Assembly (NCBI RefSeq): GCF_000829155.1
Contig: NZ_AP013293.1
Location: forward strand, 210,001-242,000
Origin: Candidatus Karelsulcia muelleri PSPU
GTDB taxonomy: Bacteria > Bacteroidota > Bacteroidia > Flavobacteriales > Blattabacteriaceae
Reading direction: 5' to 3'
DNA: 32,000 nucleotides
Shown here: positions 11,575 through 21,454 of the stretch, piece after piece
Position numbering within the stretch: the first letter of the stretch is position 1
How the letters are laid out: the number at the start of each line of letters is the position of its first letter
The notes under the pieces: generated by a model
Told to the model about the DNA's origin: nothing
The model's input: only the letters and a program-made list of their open reading frames with translations
Database searches by the model: none
Program-made: the position numbers and the translations under genes

Positions 11575-13020
11575 ATGATAAAAAAAAAAAAAGAATTTAA
11601 TATTATAGATAATATTGAAAATTCTTATTATAAATATGGATTTTATACTAATCTAGAATCAGATAAAATTCCAAAAGGAATTAATGAAAATATTATAACT
11701 CATATATCAAGAAAAAAAAATGAACCCGATTGGATGTTAAAAAGAAGATTAAAATCATATAAAATATGGAAAAAAATGATTCCTCCTAAATGGGGAAATT
11801 TTTCATATAAAATCCCTGATTTTCAAAACATAAGTTATTATTCTGCTATAAAAAAAAATAAATTTCTTAAAAAAGAAATTGATAACAAATTATTAGATAC
11901 TTTTAATAAATTAAATTTAAAATTAAAAAAAAATAAAAAATTATCAAAAATAGCATTAGACGTAATTATGGATTCTGTTTCTGTTACTACAACTTTTAAA
12001 AAAGTTTTATCAGAAAAAGGAATAATATTTTGTCCTATTAGTAAAGCTATAAAAAAATATCCTGATCTTATAAAAAAATATATAGGTAAAATAGTTCCAA
12101 TAAAAGATAATTTTTATTCAGCATTAAATTCAGCTGTTTTTTCTGATGGATCTTTTTGTTATATCCCAAAAAATGTACGTTGTCCTGTAGAATTATCTAC
12201 ATATTTTCGTATAAATGAATCAGGAATAGGTCAATTTGAAAGAACACTTGTAATTGCTGATAAAAATTCATATGTTAGTTATTTAGAAGGATGCACAGCT
12301 CCTCAACGGGAAGAAAATCAATTACATGCTGCTGTTGTTGAATTAATAGCTTTAGAAGGTGCTGAAATTAAATATTCTACTGTACAAAATTGGTATCCTG
12401 GAGATAAAAATGGGATAGGTGGAGTTTTTAATTTTGTAACTAAAAGAGGATTATGTGAAAAAAAATCTAAAATATCATGGACTCAAATAGAAACGGGATC
12501 AGCTATAACTTGGAAATATCCATCTTGTATTTTAAAAGGTGATGATTCAATAGGAGAATTTTATTCAGTAGCTTTTACAAAGAATTTTCAAAAATCTGAT
12601 ACTGGAACCAAAATGATTCATTTAGGAAAAAATACTAAAAGTACTATTATTTCAAAAGGAATATCAGCTGGATTTTCTAAAAATAGTTATAGAGGATTAG
12701 TAAATATTTCTTCTAATGCTATTAATTCACGTAATTTTTCACAATGTGATTCTTTATTAATAGGGAATACCTGTAGTGCTCATACTTTTCCTTTTATAAA
12801 TGTAAAAAATAATTCATCTAAAGTTGAACATGAAGCTACAACGTCTAAAATAGAAGAAGATCAAATTTTTTATTGTAATCAACGTGGAATTAATTTAGAA
12901 AAAGCCATTTCACTTATAGTTACTGGTTTTAGTAAAAATATTTTAGATAGATTACCTATGGAGTTTGCAATAGAAGCGAGGAAATTATTAGAAATAAAAT
13001 TAGAAGGTTCAGTAGGATAA
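11575..13020 (+). CDS. sufB: Fe-S cluster assembly protein SufB
   Basis: 481 aa; [80 protein letters not shown]. Confidence 0.97.
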   Translation: MIKKKKEFNIIDNIENSYYKYGFYTNLESDKIPKGINENIITHISRKKNEPDWMLKRRLKSYKIWKKMIPPKWGNFSYKIPDFQNISYYSAIKKNKFLKKEIDNKLLDTFNKLNLKLKKNKKLSKIALDVIMDSVSVTTTFKKVLSEKGIIFCPISKAIKKYPDLIKKYIGKIVPIKDNFYSALNSAVFSDGSFCYIPKNVRCPVELSTYFRINESGIGQFERTLVIADKNSYVSYLEGCTAPQREENQLHAAVVELIALEGAEIKYSTVQNWYPGDKNGIGGVFNFVTKRGLCEKKSKISWTQIETGSAITWKYPSCILKGDDSIGEFYSVAFTKNFQKSDTGTKMIHLGKNTKSTIISKGISAGFSKNSYRGLVNISSNAINSRNFSQCDSLLIGNTCSAHTFPFINVKNNSSKVEHEATTSKIEEDQIFYCNQRGINLEKAISLIVTGFSKNILDRLPMEFAIEARKLLEIKLEGSVG

Positions 13021-13046
13021 TGAATAAATATTAAAAATTAATTTTT

Positions 13047-13787
13047 ATGTTAAAAATAAAGAATTTATCTGTTTCAGTAAAACAAAATAACATATTAAAA
13101 AATGTTAATTTAACAATTAATAAAGGAGAAATTCATGTAATAATGGGACCTAATGGATCAGGGAAAAGTACATTAGCCTCTATAATAGCTGGAAAAAAAG
13201 ATTATAAAATAAATAAAGGTCAAATTTTATTTGAAAATAAAGAATTAAATTTTTTAGCTCCAGAAGAAAGAGCTCATTTAGGAATTTTTTTATCTTTTCA
13301 AGATCCAGTAGAAATTCCTGGTATATCAATTCTTAATTTTATAAGAATTTCTCTAAATTCTATAAGAAAAGCAAATTCTAAAAAAGAAATAGATTCTTAT
13401 AAATTTTTAAAAAAAATAAGAAATGTATCTGATCTATTAAAAATAGATAAAAATTTTCTTTCAAGATCTTTAAATGAAGGCTTTTCAGGAGGTGAAAAAA
13501 AACGTAATGAAATATTTCAAATGTGTATGATTAATCCAAAATTATCAATTTTAGATGAAATGGATTCTGGTTTGGATATAGATGCTATTAAAACTTTATC
13601 TTTAGGAATTAATAAATTAAAAAATAAAAATAATTCTATATTAATAATAACTCATTATCAAAGATTATTAAATTATATAATACCTGATTATGTACATGTT
13701 TTAGATAAAGGTAAAATAGTTAAATCTGGAAATAAAGAATTAGCGCTAAAAATTGAATCAAAAGGATATGATTGGATTAAAAATTAA
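13047..13787 (+). CDS. sufC: Fe-S cluster assembly ATPase SufC
   Basis: 246 aa; Walker A GPNGSGKSTL, GFSGGEKKRNEI signature, LSILDEMDSGLDIDA. Confidence 0.97.
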   Translation: MLKIKNLSVSVKQNNILKNVNLTINKGEIHVIMGPNGSGKSTLASIIAGKKDYKINKGQILFENKELNFLAPEERAHLGIFLSFQDPVEIPGISILNFIRISLNSIRKANSKKEIDSYKFLKKIRNVSDLLKIDKNFLSRSLNEGFSGGEKKRNEIFQMCMINPKLSILDEMDSGLDIDAIKTLSLGINKLKNKNNSILIITHYQRLLNYIIPDYVHVLDKGKIVKSGNKELALKIESKGYDWIKN

Positions 13788-13798
13788 TTTTTAATTTT

Positions 13799-15103
13799 AT
13801 GAAATTTAAAAAAGAAAATATTAATTTTAATAATTATATATATAAATATCTAAATATTATTAGAAATAAATCAATAAAAAAAATTAATAAAAATAATTTA
13901 TATTTATTTGAATATGAAAAATGGAAAAATTATGATATATCATCAATAATTGATTACGAATATTCATTTCCTATTAAAGAAAAAGAATCAATTTATTTAA
14001 AATTATTAAATAAATATGTATTAGATGTCGATGGATTTTATTTATTTTTTATAAATGGATTTTATATTTATAATTTTTTTAAAAAAAAAAATAAAAATTT
14101 TTTATCATTAAATGATATTATTATAAATAATAAAAGTTATTGTAATTCCAATATTGAAAAATATTATGGTAAATCATTATCAAATAATGATAATTTAAAT
14201 TATTTTAATTTTCTTTTTTCAAAAGATGGAGCATATATATATATCCCTGACGGGATTTTTTTTAAAAAAAATATATATATAATATATATATATAATATAA
14301 GAAATGATTATTCAATTATTAATCCTAGAAATTTAATAATTTTAGGAAAAAAAACTAAAGCTAAAATTATAGAAATACATGAATCATTAACAAATAAAAT
14401 TTTTATGAGTAATTCCGTTACTGAAATTTTTAATGAAAAAAAAAGTTATTTAGATTATATTAAAATTCAAAATAATTTATCTTTTTCTTATTTAAAAGAT
14501 AACACTTTATTAACACAAAAAAAAAATAGTTATTGTTCAATAAATACTTTTTCCTTTGAAGGAAGATTATTAAATAATCATATTAATTTTTTTAATTGTG
14601 GTAACAATTCAAAATTTAATTTTAATGGACTTACAATAATAAAAAATAAATCATTAAATCAAATAATAGATAATAAAATATTAATAAATCATTTATATAC
14701 TAATTGTGAAAGTAATCAAACTTATAAATATATTTTAAATGGAAGATCAAAAGGTATTTTTAATGGTCTTATTAAAGTTCATAAAAATGCGAATAATATA
14801 AATGCTTTACAAAAAAATGATAATATTTTAATTTCAAATAAATCTTTTATTTATACTAAACCTGAATTAAAAATTTATGCCAATAATGTTAAATGTACAC
14901 ATGGATGTACTATAGGTAAAATAGATAATGAAAAAATATTTTATTTTCGTTCTAGAGGAATTAAAAAAAAAATAGCTAAATACATCTTATTATTTTTATT
15001 TTCTAAAGAAATTTTAAAAAAAATAAAGATATATAATCTAAAAATATATATATATAATATAATTATATATAAATTAAAAATTTTAAATTTAAATTTAATA
15101 TAA
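13799..15103 (+). CDS. sufD: Fe-S cluster assembly protein SufD
   Basis: 434-aa divergent protein between sufC and sufS; KLKIYANNVKCTHGCTIGKIDNEKIFYFRSRGI is a SufD C-terminal motif. Confidence 0.9.
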   Translation: MKFKKENINFNNYIYKYLNIIRNKSIKKINKNNLYLFEYEKWKNYDISSIIDYEYSFPIKEKESIYLKLLNKYVLDVDGFYLFFINGFYIYNFFKKKNKNFLSLNDIIINNKSYCNSNIEKYYGKSLSNNDNLNYFNFLFSKDGAYIYIPDGIFFKKNIYIIYIYNIRNDYSIINPRNLIILGKKTKAKIIEIHESLTNKIFMSNSVTEIFNEKKSYLDYIKIQNNLSFSYLKDNTLLTQKKNSYCSINTFSFEGRLLNNHINFFNCGNNSKFNFNGLTIIKNKSLNQIIDNKILINHLYTNCESNQTYKYILNGRSKGIFNGLIKVHKNANNINALQKNDNILISNKSFIYTKPELKIYANNVKCTHGCTIGKIDNEKIFYFRSRGIKKKIAKYILLFLFSKEILKKIKIYNLKIYIYNIIIYKLKILNLNLI

Positions 15104-15105
15104 AA

Positions 15106-16326
15106 ATGTTATCTAAAATAGATATTAAAAGAATAAGAAAAAAATTTCCTATATTAAAGACTATTATTAATAATAATAAACTTATTTATTTTGACAATGC
15201 TGCAACTACTCAAAAACCTAATAAAGTAATTAATTCAATAAAAAATTATTATTCAAATATAAATTCTAATGTTCATAGAGGAGCTTATTATTTAAGTAAT
15301 ATAGCTACTGAAAAAATGGAATTTAGTAGAGAAAAAATTAAATCATTTATAAATGCTAAATATTCACATGAAATAATTTTTACAAGTGGGGCTACAGAAA
15401 GTATTAATTTAATAGCTAATAGCATTTCATATTTAATAAATAAAAATGATGAAATAATCATTCCATATTCTGAACATCATTCAAATATAATTCCATGGCA
15501 AATACTTTGTAAAAAAAAAAAAGCATTATTAAAAATAATACCTATAGATTATTATGGAAATTTAAAATTTGATTATTTTAAATATATTATTTCTAATAAA
15601 ACAAAATTAATTTCTTTAAGTCATATAACTAATGCATTAGGTGTTATTAATCCAATTAAGAAAATTATTTATGAAGCAAAAAAATATAATACATTAGTTT
15701 TAATAGATGGTTCACAAGCTATATCTCATATTCCTATAAATATACAAAAAATAAATCCTGATTTTTATGTATTTTCTATACATAAAATGTATGGTCCTAC
15801 TGGAATCGGAGTTCTTTATGGAAAAGAAGAAATTTTAAACATTTCACCTCCATATCAATATGGAGGTGAAATGATTAACAAGGTTACATTTAAAAAAGCA
15901 ACATATGCTAATATACCATTTAAATTTGAAGCAGGAACACCTAATATAGGAGGGATTCTATCGACAATAGATGCCATAAAATTTATAGAAAAAATAAATA
16001 TAAAAAATATTAAAATATATGAAGATAAAATTATTAATTATACAATTAAATTATTAAGTAATATAGAAGGAATTAAAATATATGGAAAAAATAAAAAAAG
16101 GTCGAGTATTATATCATTTAATATAAAAAATATTCATCCATTTGATATAGGCAAATTATTAGATAATTTTGGCATAGCTGTAAGAACAGGAAATCATTGT
16201 GCACAACCTATAATGGATTTTTTATCTATTCCTGGTACTATAAGAATAAGTTTTGCTATATATAATACTTTTGAGGAAATATATTTTTTTTATAAAAAAA
16301 TATTAAAAATTAAAAAAATTTTTTAA
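15106..16326 (+). CDS. sufS: Cysteine desulfurase SufS
   Basis: 406 aa; YFDNAATTQKP, SGATESINLIANS, FSIHKMYGPTGIGVLYGK, AVRTGNHCAQPIMDF. Confidence 0.97.
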   Translation: MLSKIDIKRIRKKFPILKTIINNNKLIYFDNAATTQKPNKVINSIKNYYSNINSNVHRGAYYLSNIATEKMEFSREKIKSFINAKYSHEIIFTSGATESINLIANSISYLINKNDEIIIPYSEHHSNIIPWQILCKKKKALLKIIPIDYYGNLKFDYFKYIISNKTKLISLSHITNALGVINPIKKIIYEAKKYNTLVLIDGSQAISHIPINIQKINPDFYVFSIHKMYGPTGIGVLYGKEEILNISPPYQYGGEMINKVTFKKATYANIPFKFEAGTPNIGGILSTIDAIKFIEKINIKNIKIYEDKIINYTIKLLSNIEGIKIYGKNKKRSSIISFNIKNIHPFDIGKLLDNFGIAVRTGNHCAQPIMDFLSIPGTIRISFAIYNTFEEIYFFYKKILKIKKIF

Positions 16327-16345
16327 TTATAAATACCTGCTAATG

Positions 16346-16388
16346 TCTTAATTAAAATTAAGAATTTTATTAATTTGTTATTTAACAA
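16346..16388. other. Two small adjacent inverted repeats in the sufS-infB spacer
   Basis: TCTTAATT-AA-AATTAAGA (16346-16363) and TTGTTA-TT-TAACAA (16375-16388). Confidence 0.35.
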
Positions 16389-16481
16389 GTAAATTAAATA
16401 TAAAATTTATATTATTATGATAAAAAAAAAAAAAAAATTAAAGTTGTAGAATTTACTACTGTTAATGAATTAGCATCTATA

Positions 16482-18158
16482 ATGAATATTAATTCTGTAG
16501 ATATTATAAAAAGTTGTATTTCATTAGGTATTATGGTCACTTTGAATCAACGTTTAGATGCAGAAACTTTAACTTTAGTAGCAGATGAATTTGGTTATTC
16601 TATAGAATTAATTGGAACCTATTTAGAAAAAGCCATACAAGGAGAAAAAGATACTGAAAAAGATCTTAAACCTAGATCACCTGTAGTAACTATAATGGGT
16701 CATGTAGATCATGGAAAAACATCTTTATTAGATTATATAAGAAAAACAAATATTATAGCTGGAGAATATGGAGGAATAACACAACATGTTGGTGCATATA
16801 ATGTAAAATTTAAAAAAGGTAATAGTATAACCTTTTTAGATACCCCAGGTCATGAAGCTTTTACTTCTATGAGAGCTAGAGGAACTAAAATAACAGATAT
16901 AGTAGTGATAGTAATAGCTACAGATGATGATGTAATGCCTCAAACTAAAGAAGCTATTAGTCATGCACAATTAGCTGGTGTTCCTATTATATTTGCATTG
17001 AATAAAATTGATAAAATTAATTCAAATACTGATAATATACGTATAAAATTATCTGAAATGAATTTTTTATTTAAAGAATGGGGAGGAAAATATCAAGCTC
17101 AAGAGATATCTGCTAAATTTGGTTTAGGAATAAATGAATTATTGGAAAAAATTTTATTAGAAGCAAAAATTTTAAATCTAAAAGCTAATCCTAATAAAAC
17201 AGCTGTAGGTACAGTAATAGAATCTTATTTAGATAAAGGACGAGGGTATTGTACGTCCCTCCTTATTCAAGGAGGGACTTTAAAAGTAGGAGATTATATA
17301 GTAGCAGGAAATTTTCATGGAAAAGTAAAAATTATTTTAAATGAAAGAGGTAATCATATAAAAAAAGTTTATCCTTCAAAACCTGGAATAATTTTAGGAT
17401 TAAATGGAGCACCTACTTCTGGTGAAAGATTTAAAGTTTTTCAAGATGAAAAAGAAGCCAAACGATTAGCTTCTAAAAAAAATCAATTAAAAAAAGAATA
17501 TAAAATACGTTATAAAAAAACTATTACATTAGAAGAAATAGTAAAAAAGGTTTCATTAAAAAATTTTAAAGAACTAAAATTAATAGTTAAAGGAGATATG
17601 AATGGCTCAGTAGAAGCTTTAATTGATTCAATAGAAAAATTATCTACAAATTATTTTGTAATTAAAATAATATATTATAATATTGGACATATAACAGAAT
17701 CAGATGTGCTTTTAGCAAAAGCGTCTGATGCAATTATTATTGGTTTTAATGTTGAATGTTCATTAAAATCTAAAATTTTTGCTGAAAAAAATAAAATAGA
17801 GATAAGGTTATATTATCTAATATATAATATTATTAATGATTTTAAAAATACATTAAATTTAATTAAATTAAATAAAAAAAAAACAATAATATTAGGAAAA
17901 GCAAAAGTATTAAATTCTTTTAAAAAGAAAAATAAAGAAAATATAGCCGGTTGTTTAATTTTAAATGGTAAAATAATACGAAATTCAAAAATTTCTTTAA
18001 TTAGAAATGGAGTTATTGTATATAATGGAATTTTATTCTCTTTAAAAAGATTTAAAAATGATGTAAAAGAAGTAAATAAAGGATATGAATGTGGGATAAT
18101 AATAAAAGATTTTAATGATATTAAAATTGGTGATATAATTGAATGTTATCAACATTAA
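16482..18158 (+). CDS. infB: Translation initiation factor IF-2 (N-terminus probably extends upstream through a frame change at poly-A)
   Basis: 558 aa from the track start; GHVDHGKTSLLDYIR, DTPGHEAFTSMRARG, ALNKIDK. The conserved N2-domain continues upstream as ...IKVVEFTTVNELASIMNI... Confidence 0.97.
   Translation: MNINSVDIIKSCISLGIMVTLNQRLDAETLTLVADEFGYSIELIGTYLEKAIQGEKDTEKDLKPRSPVVTIMGHVDHGKTSLLDYIRKTNIIAGEYGGITQHVGAYNVKFKKGNSITFLDTPGHEAFTSMRARGTKITDIVVIVIATDDDVMPQTKEAISHAQLAGVPIIFALNKIDKINSNTDNIRIKLSEMNFLFKEWGGKYQAQEISAKFGLGINELLEKILLEAKILNLKANPNKTAVGTVIESYLDKGRGYCTSLLIQGGTLKVGDYIVAGNFHGKVKIILNERGNHIKKVYPSKPGIILGLNGAPTSGERFKVFQDEKEAKRLASKKNQLKKEYKIRYKKTITLEEIVKKVSLKNFKELKLIVKGDMNGSVEALIDSIEKLSTNYFVIKIIYYNIGHITESDVLLAKASDAIIIGFNVECSLKSKIFAEKNKIEIRLYYLIYNIINDFKNTLNLIKLNKKKTIILGKAKVLNSFKKKNKENIAGCLILNGKIIRNSKISLIRNGVIVYNGILFSLKRFKNDVKEVNKGYECGIIIKDFNDIKIGDIIECYQH
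17255..17278. other. Perfect GC-rich hairpin inside the infB coding sequence
   Basis: GTCCCTCCTT-ATTC-AAGGAGGGAC: 10 perfect base pairs, 4-nt loop, surrounded by very AT-rich sequence. Confidence 0.85.
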
Positions 18159-18165
18159 ACATAAT

Positions 18166-18210
18166 TTATTGTATTTAATATAATACAGAATTTAAATACA
18201 ATAATTTTTT
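18166..18210 (+). terminator. Putative intrinsic terminator after infB (AT-rich stem, T tail)
   Basis: TTATTGTATTTAA (18166-18178) pairs perfectly with TTAAATACAATAA (18192-18204), followed by TTTTTT; lies between convergent infB and the aroG fusion. Confidence 0.55.
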
Positions 18211-18212
18211 AT

Positions 18213-19259
18213 TTAAATAATTTTATTTTGAATATTTATAGATTCTTTATGAATTTCATTAAATATTTTTTTTATAAATGTTTTTGATAAACCTAATCTA
18301 TTACCTAAATTAATATATTTTTCTATTAAAGATTCCCATCTTTTAGGTTGAAAAACTAAAAAATTATTAATTTTTTTTATTATTGCGATTTTTTCAGATA
18401 ATATCATTCTATCTGATAATAAATATATTAAATTTTCATCTAATTCATTAATAAATTCTCTTTTATATTCTAATTTTAGATTTTTTTTTTTTTTTAAAAA
18501 AATTTTTGAAAAAAAATATTTTATTTTTTCAGGTAAAATTTGTTGATAAGAATCACTTAATGCTTTATCAGGATCACAATGTGTTTCTATTATAAATCCT
18601 TCATAATTAAAATTCATAGCTTTTTTTATTACTTCAAATATTCCTTCTCTATTTCCACAGATATGAGATGGATCACATAACATTGGAATATTAGGATATA
18701 ATTTTTTAAATTTTAATGCTAATTTCCAATTAGGAATATTTCTATATTTTAAATTTTTATAAATAGAAAATCCTCTATGAATAACTCCTAAATTTTTTAT
18801 TCCTTTATTCATTAATCTTTCTAAAGCTCCTATCCATAGATCTATATCAGGATTTATAGGATTTTTTACTAAAATAATTTTATTGGTATCTTTTAAAGAT
18901 TCTGCTATTTCTTGTACGGTAAATGGATTTACTGTACTTCGAGCTCCTATCCAAATTATATCAATATCATATTTTAACGCAAGTTCTACATGAATTTTAT
19001 TAGCTACTTCTATTGCAACTAAAAATCCTGTTTTTTTTTTAACTTTATTTAACCATTTTAAACCTATTTCTCCTATTCCTTCAAAATTATTTGGTCTAGT
19101 TCTTGGTTTCCATATTCCTGCTCTAAAAATTTCGACATAATTTGGATCTAATCTTTTAGCTATTTCTAAAATTTGATTTTCATTTTCTGCACTACATGGA
19201 CCTGAAATAATCAGTGGCTTTTTAAAGCTATTTATCCAATTTGGTTCTATTTTTTTCAT
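18213..19259 (-). CDS. Bifunctional 3-deoxy-7-phosphoheptulonate synthase / chorismate mutase
   Basis: 348 aa; N-terminal IISGPCSAEN, RAGIWKPRTRPNNFEG, CDPSHICGNR; C-terminal ELDENLIYLLSDRMILSEKI...FQPKRWESLIEK...IHKESINIQNKI. Confidence 0.93.
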   Translation of the reverse strand: MKKIEPNWINSFKKPLIISGPCSAENENQILEIAKRLDPNYVEIFRAGIWKPRTRPNNFEGIGEIGLKWLNKVKKKTGFLVAIEVANKIHVELALKYDIDIIWIGARSTVNPFTVQEIAESLKDTNKIILVKNPINPDIDLWIGALERLMNKGIKNLGVIHRGFSIYKNLKYRNIPNWKLALKFKKLYPNIPMLCDPSHICGNREGIFEVIKKAMNFNYEGFIIETHCDPDKALSDSYQQILPEKIKYFFSKIFLKKKKNLKLEYKREFINELDENLIYLLSDRMILSEKIAIIKKINNFLVFQPKRWESLIEKYINLGNRLGLSKTFIKKIFNEIHKESINIQNKII

Positions 19260-19282
19260 TTATCTAAAAAATATAATTTTTA

Positions 19283-20116
19283 TTATATTTTTATAGAATT
19301 TTTATATTCTCCCAATATATAATAAAAATTATTTATTTTATTTATTTTTTTTTTCATTAATAAATAATTATTAATTACATTAAATGTAATATCAATATAA
19401 AAAATATATTCCCATGGTTTTTTTTTTCTTGGAAAAGTTTTAATATTAGTAATATTAATATTTAAATTAAATATAACTTTTATAAGTTTATAAAATTCTC
19501 CTATATTATTTTTTAATTTTAAAAAAAAAGAAACTTTATTAAAAATTTTATTTTTTTTATAGTTAAAATTATTTTTTAATATTAAAAATCTAGTAAAGTT
19601 TTTATTAACTGTTTGAATATTTTTATCTATAATTTTTAAATTATATATAAAAGCAGCTTCTTTAGAAGCTATTGCAGCTATATATTTTTTTTTTTTTTTA
19701 AAAATAAGAAAAGCTGCTTCAGCAGTATCTCTATATTCAGAGATTTTTATTTTTGGATATTTAGATAAATAATTTTTACATTGTAAAATAGCCATAGGAT
19801 GTGATATAATTTTTTTTATATTTTTTATATTATTTTTTTTTAATATCATTAAATTATGATTAATATATAAATATATTTCTCCACTTATTTTAAGCAGATT
19901 TTTTCTAATTAAATTATAATTATATATTAATGCTCCTGCAATAGAATTTTCTATTGCTATCACACCTAAATAAGTTGTATTTGTTGAGACAAAATATGTT
20001 AATTCATTAAATGTTTTACATTTAATTATATTATATTTTTTTTTATAAAAATATTTTTTAGTTGCAATTTCATGAAAACAACCTTTTATTCCTTGAATAG
20101 CAATTTTTTTTTTCAT
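19283..20116 (-). CDS. pheA: Prephenate dehydratase
   Basis: 277 aa; IAIQGIKGCFHEIATKKYF, LGVIAIENSIAGAL, IASKEAAFIYNL, VNKNFTRFLIL (TRF motif), C-terminal ACT-like region. Confidence 0.9.
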   Translation of the reverse strand: MKKKIAIQGIKGCFHEIATKKYFYKKKYNIIKCKTFNELTYFVSTNTTYLGVIAIENSIAGALIYNYNLIRKNLLKISGEIYLYINHNLMILKKNNIKNIKKIISHPMAILQCKNYLSKYPKIKISEYRDTAEAAFLIFKKKKKYIAAIASKEAAFIYNLKIIDKNIQTVNKNFTRFLILKNNFNYKKNKIFNKVSFFLKLKNNIGEFYKLIKVIFNLNINITNIKTFPRKKKPWEYIFYIDITFNVINNYLLMKKKINKINNFYYILGEYKNSIKI

Positions 20117-20133
20117 GAAATTAAAAATATCAT

Positions 20134-21123
20134 TTAAATAAATTTATTAGAAATTAAATATTCTAATATTTGAACTGCGTTTGTAGCAGATCCTTTACGT
20201 AAATTATCAGATACTATCCACATATTTAAAGATTTTTTTTTAGATAAATCTCTTCTAATTCTACCTACAAAAACATTATTATTTTCTTCACATAGAATAG
20301 GCATAGGATATATTTTATTTTGAATATTATCCATTAAAATTAATCCACTTGTATTTGATAATATTTTACGTAATTCATTTATATCAAAATCATTTTTAAA
20401 TGATAAATTAATACTTTCAGAGTGACCTCCTACTATAGGAACACGTATAGAAGTAGAAGTAATTCCTATTCTTTTATTAGAAAAAATTTTTTTTGTTTCA
20501 TTTATTAATTTTAATTCTTCTTTAGAATATCCAGAAGAATCAAATTTATCACAATGTGGAATTACATTTCTATGTATTTTAAAATAAAAATTTTTTTTTT
20601 TTTTTTTTCGGTCTTCTTCATTTATTAATTGATCTAATCCTTTTTTACCGGATCCTGTAACAGATTGATAAGTAGATATTGTTATATTTTTTATTCTATA
20701 TTTTAGATGTAATGGATATAAAACCATTACTAATTGTATTGTAGAACAATTAGGATTTGCTATAAGTTTATCTCTTTTTGAGATAAATTTTCCATTTATT
20801 TCAGGAACTATTAATTTTTTATATTTATTCATTCGCCATGCTGATGAATTATCAATTAATATAGTACCTTTTCTTGTAAATTTCATTCCCCATATTTTTG
20901 AAATTTCTGCTCCAGCAGAAAAAATAGCAACATCAGGTTTTAAAGAAAAAGTTTCTTCTATACTTAAGATTTTTATTTTTTTTTTTTTAAAGAAAATTTT
21001 TTTTCCTATTGATTTTTTAGAAGCGACAGGATATAAATTTTTTATAAAAATATTTTTTTCTTCTAAAATATTTAAAATAACACGTCCTACCATTCCTGTT
21101 ACTCCTACTATTGCTAAATTCAT
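20134..21123 (-). CDS. asd: Aspartate-semialdehyde dehydrogenase
   Basis: 329 aa; VGVTGMVGRVILNILEE, NPNCSTIQLV, QSVTGSGKKGLDQL, RVPIVGGHSESINL. Confidence 0.94.
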   Translation of the reverse strand: MNLAIVGVTGMVGRVILNILEEKNIFIKNLYPVASKKSIGKKIFFKKKKIKILSIEETFSLKPDVAIFSAGAEISKIWGMKFTRKGTILIDNSSAWRMNKYKKLIVPEINGKFISKRDKLIANPNCSTIQLVMVLYPLHLKYRIKNITISTYQSVTGSGKKGLDQLINEEDRKKKKKNFYFKIHRNVIPHCDKFDSSGYSKEELKLINETKKIFSNKRIGITSTSIRVPIVGGHSESINLSFKNDFDINELRKILSNTSGLILMDNIQNKIYPMPILCEENNNVFVGRIRRDLSKKKSLNMWIVSDNLRKGSATNAVQILEYLISNKFI

Positions 21124-21128
21124 AATTT

Positions 21129-21365
21129 TTATTTAAATAATTTTTTTTTTAATCTATTAGATTTATTTTTATGAATAATTTTTCTTTTGACTAATTGATC
21201 TATAAAAGATGAGATTTTAGGAATCTCCTTTAATTTTTTTTTTTTATCCAATTCTAATTGGAATTTTTTTATTATTGTTCTAGTTGATTTAGAATAATAT
21301 TTATTTTTTTTTCTTTTAAAATTATTTTTTTTTATTTGTTTTAAGGCTGATTTTTTATTTGCCAT
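21129..21365 (-). CDS. rpsT: 30S ribosomal protein S20
   Basis: 78 aa; MANKKSALKQIKKNNFKRKKNKYYSKSTRTIIKKF. Confidence 0.9.
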   Translation of the reverse strand: MANKKSALKQIKKNNFKRKKNKYYSKSTRTIIKKFQLELDKKKKLKEIPKISSFIDQLVKRKIIHKNKSNRLKKKLFK

Positions 21366-21381
21366 ACTAATTTATAATTAG

Positions 21382-21453
21382 TAGCCCATAGGGGAATCGA
21401 ACCCCTCTTTTCAGAATGAAAATCTGATGTCCTTACCAATAGACGAATAGGCC
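21382..21453 (-). tRNA. tRNA-Glu (anticodon TTC)
   Basis: Reverse complement GGCCTATTCGTCTATTGGTAAGGACATCAGATTTTCATTCTGAAAAGAGGGGTTCGATTCCCCTATGGGCTA; full cloverleaf. Confidence 0.93.
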
Positions 21454-21454
21454 T

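Noticed and set aside
14264-14305. (AT)n-like tract in sufD resembling a microsatellite or regulatory repeat
   Set aside because: It is translated in frame (IYIYNIYIYNIR) within sufD and is simply low-complexity I/Y/N coding sequence in an AT-rich genome.
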